From a cyanobacterium endosymbiont of Rhopalodia gibba (GTDB lineage Bacteria; Cyanobacteriota; Cyanobacteriia; Cyanobacteriales; Microcystaceae), in NCBI GenBank assembly GCA_045159875.1, contig CP067995.1:1088001-1152000 (forward strand): 64,000 nt of DNA, given 5' to 3'. The position numbers and the translations under genes were made by a program. The notes under the pieces are model-generated. The model searched no databases and was not told where the DNA came from. It saw only the letters and a program-made list of their open reading frames with translations. Below are positions 46,360 through 58,289 of this stretch, piece after piece (the stretch's first letter is position 1; the number at the start of each line of letters is the position of its first letter).

Positions 46360-47574
46360 TCATTCTAATAAATTTAAGATGGTTGTGGGGTTTAGCTTAT
46401 CTTTAAACCAAACAATCTTCGCGGGAATATCTGTGAATTTAACCCCTGCCTTTTCTAGATTCAATCGTTCAGAAATAGCTAGAATTAGATTGTCTACATC
46501 GGAATTTTGTAGCTGATAAAATTTTTTTTGTAAGTATTCTGTCCGCCAATATCCAACAATTTCTAATAAAATATCTCGCCCATCGGGATGTATTAAACGA
46601 AAGTCGGGAATCATTACACTCCCAGGTAAAGGAATTAAATCCACTTCTCTTTCCAGTCGCCATTGGGTTTTCAATTTTGCCCATCGTTTGGCAAAGGACT
46701 CTTCCAACATACTATCATAGGTTTTTCCTTTAGGATAATGACTGACTAAACCACAGCGATCATTTAAACTAAAATGACTAGTTTTAATTTCTCTGGTATA
46801 ACTATCCTTAATTTGTAATTTAGTTTCGAGACTCCATTTACTAACATTGAGTAAAGCCGGAATCATTTTAGCTAATGCTAACCCATAACGGGTACTAGCT
46901 TTAAATAAACTTGTCGGTCCATCTATCATAATGGTAAACCCCGTATCTGCATCTCCTTCGATATAAGCCATTAATTGAAACAATTTAAGATAACGAAACA
47001 GCAATTTATATTCTCCTGGATCATTGCGATGAGCATTAATTCTAATGTGACTAGAACGATAAAAAATTCCTTGAACTTGTGATAAATTGTAACGATGGAT
47101 TAATTCTTCTGAAGTAGGAGACTCAAAATCAATTAAAATACGATTTTCTTGTAAATCTGCATAAAGTCCTCGTTCAATTTCACTCGGCAAGATTTCTCTA
47201 CTTAATTCCTCACTCAACAAACTGGCAATGTTGTCTAACAGATAAGAACGGTTAGCGGGAATAGGAAGAGATTCTGCGGCGTGACTAAATACCCGTTGTC
47301 GTAGTTGTTGGGGTTCGATGGGACTGACAATTTCAAAAGTTGAAAAGTTATTTTTTAACAGATGGGCTAACCCTCGTTTAACCCGATAATTTAAATTATC
47401 TCCTTCTAGTTCTAGAAGCTTTTGATTTAGTTGTTCTTGAGTACTCCCTAGATTATTTTGAAAACAATCAATTTGTTCAGAAGCCAGGGTGAGTGCGTTA
47501 CGATCTAAAGGTAGTTTTTTAGGAGCTATAGACTCGCCACTGTAACGGTAAATTAATAAATCAGAAGGCAACAT
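46360..47574 (-). CDS. DUF790 family (Bax1-like) predicted nuclease
   Basis: RYNLSQVQG, DGPTSLF...RYG, YDSMLE..F, IPDF...LEIVGYW..EYL.KK. Confidence 0.88.
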   Translation of the reverse strand: MLPSDLLIYRYSGESIAPKKLPLDRNALTLASEQIDCFQNNLGSTQEQLNQKLLELEGDNLNYRVKRGLAHLLKNNFSTFEIVSPIEPQQLRQRVFSHAAESLPIPANRSYLLDNIASLLSEELSREILPSEIERGLYADLQENRILIDFESPTSEELIHRYNLSQVQGIFYRSSHIRINAHRNDPGEYKLLFRYLKLFQLMAYIEGDADTGFTIMIDGPTSLFKASTRYGLALAKMIPALLNVSKWSLETKLQIKDSYTREIKTSHFSLNDRCGLVSHYPKGKTYDSMLEESFAKRWAKLKTQWRLEREVDLIPLPGSVMIPDFRLIHPDGRDILLEIVGYWRTEYLQKKFYQLQNSDVDNLILAISERLNLEKAGVKFTDIPAKIVWFKDKLNPTTILNLLE

Positions 47575-47689
47575 AATATTTGATAGGTGTTTGATATATG
47601 TTTAATGACAACATATTATTTTTGTGTGGTCATTGATAAATCAATCATAGATTAACTGTCAATTACTTGAAACTTCAATAAAACCTACA

Positions 47690-48200
47690 CTAGTAAACAT
47701 CCCCTATCGACCTCTAGAGTAGCGCTCCGATAGTTATTCTGGTTGATATCGGCAGGGAAGTCTATTGTAGACTAGATAGGGAAGTGTTAATTTAGTTATG
47801 AAAAAACCCTCGAATGATACTCTAATAACTATTAGATTTGGTTAAATGCGGTATGAGGTTAGAAAAATACGGATACTATGGAAGGGCTGTTGTCAGCTAC
47901 CAAAAGGTTCAACTGAAGAATTACTGGGGATGGTGCGCTCATGAATGTGTTTATTTTTAAATAAAAAAATAAAGCTCCCAATTGCTTTAATCAACCTCTC
48001 AAACATTGTCCTGACGATTATTGAAAACAGTATCGTACGAAAAGCTTTAGAGATTAAACCTGATGATTATTGGGCATGGTGTTATCAAGGATAAATTTGA
48101 CAACAATTAATTATACCGTCTCTATGAAGAGATTAACTTTTATCAAAAAGATATGAATACTGCACTAAAAAGTTACTCTATTCAATAGTAACAATTAGGT
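47690..48200 (+). pseudogene. decayed TPR-repeat protein
   Basis: SYEKTLE*YSNNY*IW and KALEIKPDDYWAWCYQG* fragments. Confidence 0.65.
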
Positions 48201-48441
48201 TATCAAGTAGAACTAAATCTCTAACATAAGTCTATTATTTACAGAGAATAAGTTATCAATTTTTATCCATAAATTTATATTTAATTAGATAAAAATAATA
48301 CTATTATTTCTCATTTTTATAAAATTCTAAGATAACTAATTTAGTTAAAAATTAACTGACTATCAATGAAATATATACTTCTGTTTATGCTCTCCATCTT
48401 TTTTTTTGAATTTAGTTTACATCGAATAAAAAATTATTAAA

Positions 48442-49280
48442 ATGAGTTCTGTAGTTTCTAAAAAAATAGCCTATTTTTATGAAAATTATAATAACCTGTC
48501 ATAACAAGTTTGCGGTAAACGTATGTATCATGGTCATTATGATAAAATAGGTAACTATAAAATTAATAGTTGTCAAGCCTAGATAGACTTGATTAAAAAA
48601 TTACTTAATTTGTGTCAGTGTCGAAACAGCAGAAAACCTAATTGATGTTGATTATAGAATGGGGAAAAGCGCTTTCTATTTTATTTCAAAAATTAAAGGC
48701 AATCGGGATCAAAAAACCCTATCTTCTGTGCAAGCTGCTAGAGCTGACAAAAATAAAAAAAATGTTTTTACAGAAAATAGTTGATTTTTAGGTAGCTGAT
48801 GTTTTGAATAGTCCTTGTTTAGATGATAATTTTTACCTAGTAAAGTTCCTTAAAAGTGGCAAACATGTACCATATAAAACTAAATTTGTTGAGAAATGTT
48901 ATAGAGGTTTTAAACTAGGAGTGATTTTAATGTTAGCAACTTGGGGTCATCGTCCTATTAATTCTCTGGCAGGTGAGTTAACTTCAAATAAAAACCAACA
49001 CTTAGCATAAATTTCTTGGTGTTATTATTTATAATATGTTATTTCTTTACCAGAAGACAAAAAAATTACTAAGTGAATTTAAAGTAATTAAATCTGAATG
49101 ATTGCTGGATTTCTGTTGCTTTTTTATGGGATATAATCATCTACTCTGCTTTTTATATTTAAGCAATTACCTAATTTTTGCAAAGTGCCTGGACTACTAT
49201 AGAAGAGGCATCATCTTTAAGGTTAATGAGTCTTGGATATGAACGAGGTTAAATTCGTTTATGGTCACTTTGTTGTCGTA
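48442..49280 (+). pseudogene. gamma-tocopherol methyltransferase (VTE4/Slr0089-like) pseudogene
   Basis: collinear fragments GKRMYHGHY, QA*IDLIKKLL, LSSVQAARA, KSGKHVPYKTKFVEKCYR..LATWGHRP..LAGELT, WTTIEE..LRLMSLGYERG; accounts for ORF 48804-49010. Confidence 0.8.
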
Positions 49281-49671
49281 AATATCAATAGTAAAATAAT
49301 TCTTATTAATATAAATTTTCTTAAAAAAGAAAATTTTAAATATTTTCAGAAAACAATTACAAGAAATAAAATTAATTTTTTTAACCCTTGACATTGGGTT
49401 GCAACTAAAGAGAGTGTGTTAGCCTTTTATTAAAACGATTTAAATATTATTGATTGACTTATTGATGAGGCTTTTGTAATTTTTACTTTTAATCAAAACT
49501 GTTAAAGAGTTGTTAAAAAGTATTTTTTTCTAGAAAAAATACAGAACAAGCATGTTTTAGATTTAAAAATAACCCTCCTGGGTTAAGAATTAGATGAATT
49601 TTTTTTACGATAATTGGGTTAATAATTAATAGCTAATTTTAAAATAATTACATAAATAAAAATTGTTATTT

Positions 49672-49708
49672 AAGGTTTTTTAGCTAACTTATTTAGCTAA
49701 AAAACCTT
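49672..49708. repeat. inverted repeat, 16-bp perfect arms, 5-nt loop
   Basis: AAGGTTTTTTAGCTAA-cttat-TTAGCTAAAAAACCTT. Confidence 0.85.
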
Positions 49709-51308
49709 TCACTAAAGCTAATCCTAAATATTTAATTATTTTCTTGATTAGATTTAAATTTTATATGCTAGGCTAAAAAAACTTTTTTTTCTATTAGAGA
49801 AAAATTGATAAATTTTTTGTTTTTTTAAAATAAACCACCTGATAATTTTTGATTGAGTTAAATGAATAATCATTAAGATTACATCAGGTATTTATTGTTT
49901 TTAAGCAAAAATATCTTTATCTGTTATAGGATTGTTAATTAGATATAAATCGTTGACTATTATTCATGGTAAATTCGGGTTATACTGAATGAATAATGTA
50001 GGACTAATTAGTGGAATATCAAGTAAAGATTTTAAGCTAAAAAGTTTATAAAATATATAATGCCACAATTTTTTTAAAAATTAACTTAGATTTTTTGTTA
50101 AAATTTTCTACTACTTCTTATTTAAAATAGGGATTTTAAAAAAATAAAAAAAATATTTTTACTCTTTTTTATGCATTTCAAATAAGATTTAAATATTAAT
50201 TAGTGAATTTTAATAGTCTTGATACTAGTCTTAATTTCCTAAACAATATTCTTAATCATTAAGTTAATTGGCATATACAAAAAGAACTAGTGACGTTTCA
50301 TACACATAATTTTATTTTTTTTAGAAAAAATATTCTCTTTTATTTAGAACTAACATATTTTTAAGAATTAGTATTTAATTTTTTTATTTACTTGTCAAGG
50401 AGTTTTATTATAGTTATCTAACTTAGCATTAACCTATTTAATACAATGAGGTCTATATTATTACTAATTAGAGGTTTTTACATTAATTTATAGCTTTTTT
50501 ATCCCATTTTGCAAGAGAAATGCTAACTATTTGAGTAGTAATTCATATCTTCTTATTTTTACAATTTTTAGACTCACTCTTTATATATAAATGCACTAAC
50601 ACTACATAACAATTTTATTGTTTATCGATTAAGATGTTTTTAGTAACTGTCAATCGTTTCAATATCTAAGTTTTTTTATCTGTAATTTTTAAACTAAATC
50701 TTTGAGTGCTATTTTTAGTTGTTGTGTACTCACTTCATCATCTTAGCTATATTAAACTATCTAATGTTACTAGTTAAAATTGCTTCAATGATTTTTATCT
50801 CAAATATTTATGGATATGCTCTTTTTCTTTTTAAGAGACTTAACTCTTTTTTAAATTCATTTAAACGTTGATTATGTTTAACTTAACAAATATTAATTCT
50901 GAGATAGATGGACTTTTCTGCCCAAGACAAATCTCTAATAGAGCTGATTATTTTGATGAAGTTTTCTAATTGTTTAATTTTAATATATAAAAGTTATTGT
51001 TATACTTATCTTTCCGATAAGTATAACTATTCCTATCTCATTTTAAATCTAATGATGGGTAATGATGAGTCTTTTAAAATTTAGAATCTTATTGATTAAA
51101 CTGGGTGAAGTATTTAATACTATATGTGTAAGTTGAGTGAAAACTTCAAGCCTAGTGTCATTAAATTTACACACAAAACTTGCTAAAATCTCGTCCATCT
51201 AAATGGATACGATTTTTGATACACCTATTATTGATAATCAGACTATGTCTTGATATTCTTAATTTTTACATACTAAGCTTAGTAAAACTTCAGTTTTTAC
51301 GTTAAATA

Positions 51309-52238
51309 TTAAACTTTTGCTAAAAAACTAGCAGAAGGGACAGAAAATTTCGCGCTCTTTTGAAGCAGATAGTCTAAAAACGTTTGAGCTACCACTGATA
51401 GTTGTTTATCCTCCAAATATGCTACATACCAACGACGTCTAATCGGAAAATGTTCCACATCAAGAATAGTCAGTTCGCTATCCTTTCCCTCAGAAATCAG
51501 AGTATGTTGAGAAAGGATAGAAATCCCTAGATTACCTGCGATTGCGTGTTTAATCGCCTCACTACTTCCTAATTCTAGGCGGACCTCAACGGATAAACCG
51601 TGTTGATAGAACAGTTTTTGTATTGCCTGTCGAGTCCCCAATCCTGATTCAGGCATGATAAAAACTTCGCCATCAAGATTGGTGATAGGAATATTTTGTT
51701 TTCCGGCTAATGGATGGTTTCTAGGAGCAATCACTACTAAATAATTATCAAGAAAAGGTTGAGTTGATAATCCCATGCCATCAGATGGTTCACTTAAAAC
51801 ATACAAATCATCTCGGTTTTCCATCATACATTCCTGGATATCTTGATGATTTGCAACATTTAAAGAGATATCAATGCCGGGATATTGTTGACAAAATGTA
51901 CCTAAAATTCGAGGAATAAAGTATTTTGCTGTGGTAATAACTGACAATCTTAATTGTCCCTGTCGGGTTCCTTTTAAATCCGCTACTTTCATCTCAAAAT
52001 TTTCTAATCTTCCAAAGATCTCTTTACAGGTTTGAAGTAATTCTTTTCCGGCTTCAGTTAGATAGAGACGTTTACCAATTTGTTCAAATAAGGGTATACC
52101 GATGACTTTGGTTAGTTGTTTAATTTGGCTTGACACTGTGGGCTGAGTAATTAATAATTCTTCTGCTGCACGGGTAAAACTCCTGTGACGTGCCATAGTC
52201 TCAAAAACTTTTAGCTGATGTAGGGTGGCTTGAATCAA
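51309..52238 (-). CDS. ndhR: LysR-type regulator, CbbR subfamily (NdhR/CcmR-like)
   Basis: QATLHQLKVFE..ARH.SFTRAAEEL.ITQPTVSSQIKQL; ITTAKYFIPR; LELGSSEAIK. Confidence 0.8.
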   Translation of the reverse strand: MIQATLHQLKVFETMARHRSFTRAAEELLITQPTVSSQIKQLTKVIGIPLFEQIGKRLYLTEAGKELLQTCKEIFGRLENFEMKVADLKGTRQGQLRLSVITTAKYFIPRILGTFCQQYPGIDISLNVANHQDIQECMMENRDDLYVLSEPSDGMGLSTQPFLDNYLVVIAPRNHPLAGKQNIPITNLDGEVFIMPESGLGTRQAIQKLFYQHGLSVEVRLELGSSEAIKHAIAGNLGISILSQHTLISEGKDSELTILDVEHFPIRRRWYVAYLEDKQLSVVAQTFLDYLLQKSAKFSVPSASFLAKV

Positions 52239-53483
52239 TGAGCATTTCCTCTAGTGTGAGATTTTGAGTCTGCTGAAGTATTAAATTACCTACTCAAATC
52301 ATAGACTAACTTTAATGGTTTTTCAAGTTTAACTTATCTAATTTCTATGGTAATCATCATTAACTTTTACTCGTGAGAGTGCCGATGGTAACAAATGCCA
52401 CTATCTCTTTTTGAGAAAATCGCTATTTCCTGTTAACCTAAATAAAGTTTTAGCAATAAATACTTACAGTAACATTTTATACATAGAGCTCCTCCAGTTT
52501 GCGAAATCAAGATTTAAGGAAAAGATAAGGTGATTTTTCCTCTAATTTGATGAGTGCTCGCGCTCGTCTCCTGGCAAGGGTTTTTAATTTCATTAAAAGA
52601 CTAGATTGTATTAACTAAAATCAAGAAACGATTCAGAACAGCTGGAGAGAATGATTATTGTTGACTAGTTTAATGAATTAATAGTTATGTTAACTTTTTT
52701 CAAGTAAACTTGATGTGATCCACTGACAAGATAAACCCATTTTAATACAGTTCAGCTCATAACTATAGATAGTACAGCCTTTAAACAAACTGACATTAAA
52801 ATTACTATCAAAAAACCAATTAAGATGATTAAAAAGGTTAAAATTCAAAGCTGCTGTCAACCCTTATACATCGTTAAAAGCTACTTATAGAACCACTAAT
52901 AAAAAATAATAACCAGTGTTTAAAACTGAGTTTACTTGTTGAAACAAATGATCATATTGTTGAGAGTTGAAATCCTTAAAAATACTCTCTAAAAATTTAA
53001 TAGTTTTTCTCAAGCTAAATTATGATTAATCACCAACTAAGACACGGCTAGGAAAAAAGTCAACTAATTCTCTTTAACACTAGATTTCTCGACTTAACTC
53101 ACTGATATTTACAGAAACGTGGAATAAAGAATATTTAGTCTGTCAGTAAGAATTAAATAAAATATAAGTATTAAAAATATACTTCCTAATTCTACCAATT
53201 AATAAGTTCCAATTATATGAGTATTTTTTGGAGATACTTCTACAAAATTTTTGCAGAAATATAGGAGAGCATTTTTTAATTTTTTTAGTGCAGGTTGACA
53301 ATTTACATACTTTTTTAAAAGTTTTTAATATAGAGTTGTTTATTTATGTACAACTATTTACATCTATATAAATAAGACTAAAAAATAATATAGTTTACAA
53401 CACCTAACTTCCCCCCCTAGTTCATGTAGAAGAGGTTTTCTCAAAGAATAAGGAACTTTTTATCCAGTAAATTTTAGAAGAAC

Positions 53484-53519
53484 TGTAGGGCATATTAGCA
53501 CAGCGCAACACACCCTACA
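53484..53519. repeat. degenerate GTAG-type REP-like palindrome
   Basis: TGTAGGGcatattagcacagcgcaacacaCCCTACA. Confidence 0.5.
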
Positions 53520-53577
53520 AACTGTTTTAGTTAGTTACGAAAAAAAGCAAAAAATTATCTGAAAAACTGTAGTTTAT

Positions 53578-54129
53578 CTAACGTCCCATACCTATGGCAG
53601 TAGCAATAGTCCAACTATCTATTATTATTAAAAATAAAGTTAATAATAATAAAACTAAATACATCCAAGGTTGAGATAAGGGACGAACATCAGTGGTATC
53701 AATTTCTGTTTTTTCGGTAACAATGTTCACCAAACGGGAAAATCCAGCGATTCGCATCGGCAATAAATACGCTGTTTGAGCATCACGAGAGATAAAATAG
53801 TAAACAAGTCCTCCTTGGCTAGTAGTGCGTAATTTTAAATCTTTAATTTCTGACCAAGGTAAAGACCATCCTTTACAAAGAAAAGAAGGAACCCAACTCG
53901 GATAAGTCACTTTTATAGTATTCTTATCCACAATGACCCGTTCACTTAAGACACCTGCTAAAACTATGAAGCCCATTACGATTCCTGTCCATAACATATA
54001 AGGAGGAACAGAACTGAATGTAACTTCTGCAAGAAAGGGAAGGGGAAGGGTAAGGGAAAAATAAAGACTAACTAAAGTGATACGGATAAGCGGAGAAATA
54101 CGAAAGGTTAACGGAAAGTGGGAAGACAC
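53578..54129 (-). CDS. conserved cyanobacterial membrane protein
   Basis: FRISPLIRITL..LY..LT.PLPFL, GWSLPW, QGGLVYYF, AYLLPMR. Confidence 0.8.
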   Translation of the reverse strand: MSSHFPLTFRISPLIRITLVSLYFSLTLPLPFLAEVTFSSVPPYMLWTGIVMGFIVLAGVLSERVIVDKNTIKVTYPSWVPSFLCKGWSLPWSEIKDLKLRTTSQGGLVYYFISRDAQTAYLLPMRIAGFSRLVNIVTEKTEIDTTDVRPLSQPWMYLVLLLLTLFLIIIDSWTIATAIGMGR

Positions 54130-54263
54130 GCCAGTATTTTTAAGGACACTATCTCTTAATTCTTAACATTTTTAGCTTTATTTTGCAAAATTGTATATAG
54201 TTTAGTTTGCTGTATTGGGTATGTGCGTGTAGGGAAATTGTCAGGGAATAGTAACGGAGAAAA

Positions 54264-54477
54264 ATGATATTTCTACAACATGCTTCAAGTGGTGACCTGG
54301 TTGAAGTCTTGACGATGAACAATCTTTAGGATCTTTGTCAAAACTAAATTGTGCGAGAATTTTACTGCAGTGAGAAAATACAGGGTTTCAAATTATCACC
54401 TAAATCTGACATTATTTATTTTTCTTTCAGGAGAACCCTTACCCACTTATTGGATGAGTTCTGAGTTTTATCGATAA
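54264..54477 (+). pseudogene. decayed small conserved cyanobacterial protein (often labelled 'acetyltransferase')
   Basis: MIFLQHASSGDLVEVL...*...SGEPLPTYWM; stops and a frameshift. Confidence 0.6.
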
Positions 54478-55746
54478 ACTCTTATATGATCTTTTCAGGA
54501 CTGTTCCTGATAAATTCCTAGACCTTAGGGTGGGCAGACATAAAGCTATCTTAAATTGTTACAGATTACCGAATTATTATCTGCTCGATAAGCTTAATAA
54601 TTTCAGAATTAGAGTTTAAATGGACTGGTATTTTTTCTACTAACTTATCACAATCAATCCAAGAAAGATACAATTATTAGCCATTAATAAGCAGTTAATC
54701 TTTATCTAAAATGTGTTATAGGTTAGTAATAGAATATATGAAAAATATTTGATAAAATAATCTTATTTTGGTGCGTAATTATCAGTAGATATTATATTCA
54801 ATCATGAATCTATCTTCAGTAAGAGCTTTAAATGGGTAACTTCAAATAAACGTTTAAGAGTAAATCTAATTATTTTTTGAAAAGTTCATATATAACATTG
54901 GTTCTATTATTGTCAATTATTTTATATAATAAACTTATTTAATTTTATCTAGTTAATTGGTGATAACTTAAATTTAGGTATCTACTAACATTACAGTCGC
55001 CTTAACGGTAATATGTATAATAAATCAGTTAAGCTCAGAAAGAGTTAATAATTTGCTCTAAAATCATACAGATTTTTAAGACGAATTAGCCTCAAAATTA
55101 TTTTTGAGACTTTTTTTTATCATCAACACCGTTAACCTTTAGAAAAAATATCAATGACTTCTTCAATGAAGAGAACGTAAACATAAAAAATAAAAGAAGC
55201 TACTTGACGAAATGTCTTCGATTCTTACTGAAATATTTAAGAGAAAACACTAACTTTTTTAAAACCTGATTAAACGTGATGATGAAATTTATAATCTATT
55301 TGAGTAAGTTTTAACTACAAAAAAATAGGGAATAAAAACCTATTATGTACTATAATAACGCTCTATCATAATCTTCAGTTTATAGGAGTAATTAGGATAA
55401 AAAGAAAAAATAAAAATTAGGAACTTGAGGATAAGTTTAATGATTACTCTGATGATAATTTTTACTTTACAGATAGTTTATCGAGCGAACTTTCTGATTT
55501 ATATATTTATAACTTTCAAAGAAAAAATTTATCAGAATCTATCTGAGAATCTGCTACTAAATCTCGTAAATTTATAAAATTTTAAAACTTATTCTAAGAT
55601 TTAATTATTGATTAAGTATAGTAGATGGGGTGAGTCTAAAACTTATTGAAGTTATAAAAATTTGTTTTTGGTTAGCACCCCACTTTATCTATTACTTATT
55701 TTATTGGCTTATTTTTCTTGATAATTTATAGCAGTTGCCAAAACGG

Positions 55747-56376
55747 TTAGGATATTTTCCTGTTCTTTATTTTCTGATTTTCAAAATTTTCTAGACTTAC
55801 CAAAAAATTACGGAGAAGTTGTTTTCCCGACGGAGTCAAGATACTTTCCGGGTGAAATTGTACCCCTTGAAGGTTAGGATAACCTTGATGTTGAAGCCCC
55901 ATAATGGTCCCGTCTTCAACCCAAGCAGTTATTTCAAATATTTGTGGTAGACTACCTCGATCTACCACTAAACTATGATAACGAGTGGCACTAAAAGGAT
56001 TCTCTAAACCTGCAAACACTCCGACTCCCTTATGATAGATTTGAGAGGTTTTGCCGTGCATCAACAGAGGTGCAGCGACAACCTGTCCTCCATAAACTTG
56101 ACCAAGACTTTGATGACCTAAACAAACCCCTAAAATGGGTAGAGTCGGGCCTAATTGTTCAATTAACGCGAGGGATATTCCTGCATCATCAGGACGGCCT
56201 GGACCTGGAGAAATCACAACTCCATTCGGTTGTAGATAACGAATCTTATCAAGAGTAATTTGATCATTACGGTAAACTTGGATATCTAAAGCTACGGGAA
56301 GTTCAGTACCCAGTTCTCCTAAATACTGCACTAAATTGTAGGTGAAACTATCGTAATTATCGATGATTAGAATCAA
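55747..56376 (-). CDS. trpG: anthranilate/aminodeoxychorismate synthase component II (glutamine amidotransferase)
   Basis: [37 protein letters not shown]. Confidence 0.95.
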   Translation of the reverse strand: MILIIDNYDSFTYNLVQYLGELGTELPVALDIQVYRNDQITLDKIRYLQPNGVVISPGPGRPDDAGISLALIEQLGPTLPILGVCLGHQSLGQVYGGQVVAAPLLMHGKTSQIYHKGVGVFAGLENPFSATRYHSLVVDRGSLPQIFEITAWVEDGTIMGLQHQGYPNLQGVQFHPESILTPSGKQLLRNFLVSLENFENQKIKNRKIS

Positions 56377-56452
56377 TACTTATCTCCTTGAGGCTTGCTG
56401 GGGGAGCAGTTAATCTCCGCCCAAAATCTGCCTTTGACCTTAATGCTAATTC

Positions 56453-56986
56453 TTACAGGGTAAGAAGAAAAGGAACCAAAGGGGGTAACAAAATAAAACT
56501 GGCAACTAAAACTGCTGCCATCGTCCCAACCATTACTGCTCCGGCAGCACAATCTTTAGCAATCTTAGCTAATATATGGTAGGACTGTCCTACGGTTAGA
56601 TCAACTACCGATTCTAGAGCGGTATTCAATAACTCTAAAACCATCACGAAAGCGCAGGTTAGAGAAACAATAGCCAAGGCCACACCAGTGATTTGTAAAA
56701 ATAGTCCTAGGCTAATGGCGATCACAGTCATGGCGGTATGAATACGGAAATTACGTTGAGTCTCAAAAGCGTAACAAATGCCAGCCCAAGCATATTTAAA
56801 ACTTAAAAACAAGTTAGGGGCAATTTGCCAAGCCAATTGCCGTCGGGAATGCAATTTTAATTCTGCAGTTGAAGTTGAGCTTATCTGAAGATTAGGACAG
56901 CTCCTGAAAGCAACACCAGAAGGCAATGGGGAAGAAGGGACTAACTGGGTACGGAAAGATTGGTTCAAGTGTAAATTTGTTTTCAT
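56453..56986 (-). CDS. dgkA: diacylglycerol/undecaprenol kinase
   Basis: SFKYAWAG, QRNFRIH, ELLNTALESVVDL, AKIAKDCAAGAV. Confidence 0.92.
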   Translation of the reverse strand: MKTNLHLNQSFRTQLVPSSPLPSGVAFRSCPNLQISSTSTAELKLHSRRQLAWQIAPNLFLSFKYAWAGICYAFETQRNFRIHTAMTVIAISLGLFLQITGVALAIVSLTCAFVMVLELLNTALESVVDLTVGQSYHILAKIAKDCAAGAVMVGTMAAVLVASFILLPPLVPFLLTL

Positions 56987-57066
56987 TATCTTAAAATTTT
57001 ACGACGTAACTGTTGAATTTTATTGGAAATACTGTGAAATTGAAACAATTCAATCAATTTAATGTA

Positions 57067-57606
57067 TCAACTATTTGGCTGAAGGCCCACAAGTTTTAAC
57101 AAAATTTCTTGTTGTGCAAGCATCTGTCGCAAACTTTCTTCATCTGGATGATCCCAACCTAAAAGGTGTAGAAGTCCATGAGCCACTAACCATGCTAATT
57201 CTACGGTTAGAGAATGATGTTTTTGTCGTGCTTGTTTTTTAGCTGTATCCACCGAAATGATAATGTCTCCTAAATATAGGGGTTCATCAGCACTTATTTG
57301 TTCCGATGATTGAGGAACTTTAACTTCAAGAGCGGCAAACGCTAAGACATCTGTGGGTTGGTTCTTATGGCGATATTGGTTATTAAAAGTTTGTATTTCG
57401 TAATCGCTGGTTAACCTTAGACTCAGTTCATAAGTCTCCGATATAGCAATTATTGAGTGTAGTTCCTCTAACCAAATTTGAATCCACTGTTGCCAAGTTG
57501 CTCTAATAATGTTAGAGACATCCAAACCATTTGATGATTCGAAGTCAAAAACATCTTGAAGATAAAGGTCAACGGTTAAGGTTTTTCTAGGAGAAGATGC
57601 CATCAT
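57067..57606 (-). CDS. ybeY: rRNA maturation RNase YbeY
   Basis: TDVLAF, LGDIIIS, HGLLHLLGWDH. Confidence 0.96.
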   Translation of the reverse strand: MMASSPRKTLTVDLYLQDVFDFESSNGLDVSNIIRATWQQWIQIWLEELHSIIAISETYELSLRLTSDYEIQTFNNQYRHKNQPTDVLAFAALEVKVPQSSEQISADEPLYLGDIIISVDTAKKQARQKHHSLTVELAWLVAHGLLHLLGWDHPDEESLRQMLAQQEILLKLVGLQPNS

Positions 57607-57616
57607 ACCCTCGATT

Positions 57617-57820
57617 TTAACGAGTTAAATAGGAAATACTAATAAGAAACCCTAATAAGCCTACCGTTGTTACTACAAAGTGCTTGATGGAAGTTCCTCT
57701 TTTGCGAACCATATTACGCATTGCCAGTTTCACATAACTTGGTGGTGTGCCACTAGGAGTGGCATTAGGAGATAAAGATGGAATATCAGTAGGTTGAGGG
57801 GATTGAGGTAAATTACTCAT
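57617..57820 (-). CDS. DUF3285 small membrane protein
   Basis: PSYVKLAMRNMVRK. Confidence 0.85.
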   Translation of the reverse strand: MSNLPQSPQPTDIPSLSPNATPSGTPPSYVKLAMRNMVRKRGTSIKHFVVTTVGLLGFLISISYLTR

Positions 57821-58289
57821 GAGATCTATATGAATTTATTCCGATGACTGTTGTTGTCTTAGATTTTAGAGGTAATTCCTTTATAAGGGAACAATTTGTT
57901 GCTAAAAATAAACTTACTTTTAGAAATCTTTTTATTTCTTTCTAGAAGTTGATCACCAAGTTTTGATATATTTTGCTCTTTTGAACGGTTTTAAAAAAAT
58001 TATTATTCTATATCTACTACTTTGTAATCCCTTTTATATAACTAGATAACTAAATTGTTTGAGATAATTGAATTGATTGTGTTCCTGTTCCGCATTTGAC
58101 ATCCATTTTTTTATGGTTTTCTCATAATTAATCATTTGTTCGATAAAAGTATGCTCTTTTAATGTCCTTAGAGTGAAAAATTAATTACCACATCTTATCG
58201 TGTAATCGTATTTTACGATGCAGTCTTCAAAAACTTTTTTACACTACTGTTTCATGATTTTTGAGTTTTTTCTTTATTTTAATTGTTAA

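Noticed and set aside
48804..49394. ORFs 48804-49010 and 49197-49394 as independent genes
   Set aside because: The first is a fragment of the tocopherol methyltransferase pseudogene; the second is AT-rich noise
52295..52335. Possible NdhR autoregulatory box
   Set aside because: Only degenerate matches to ATAG-N8-CTAT; not distinguishable from AT-rich background
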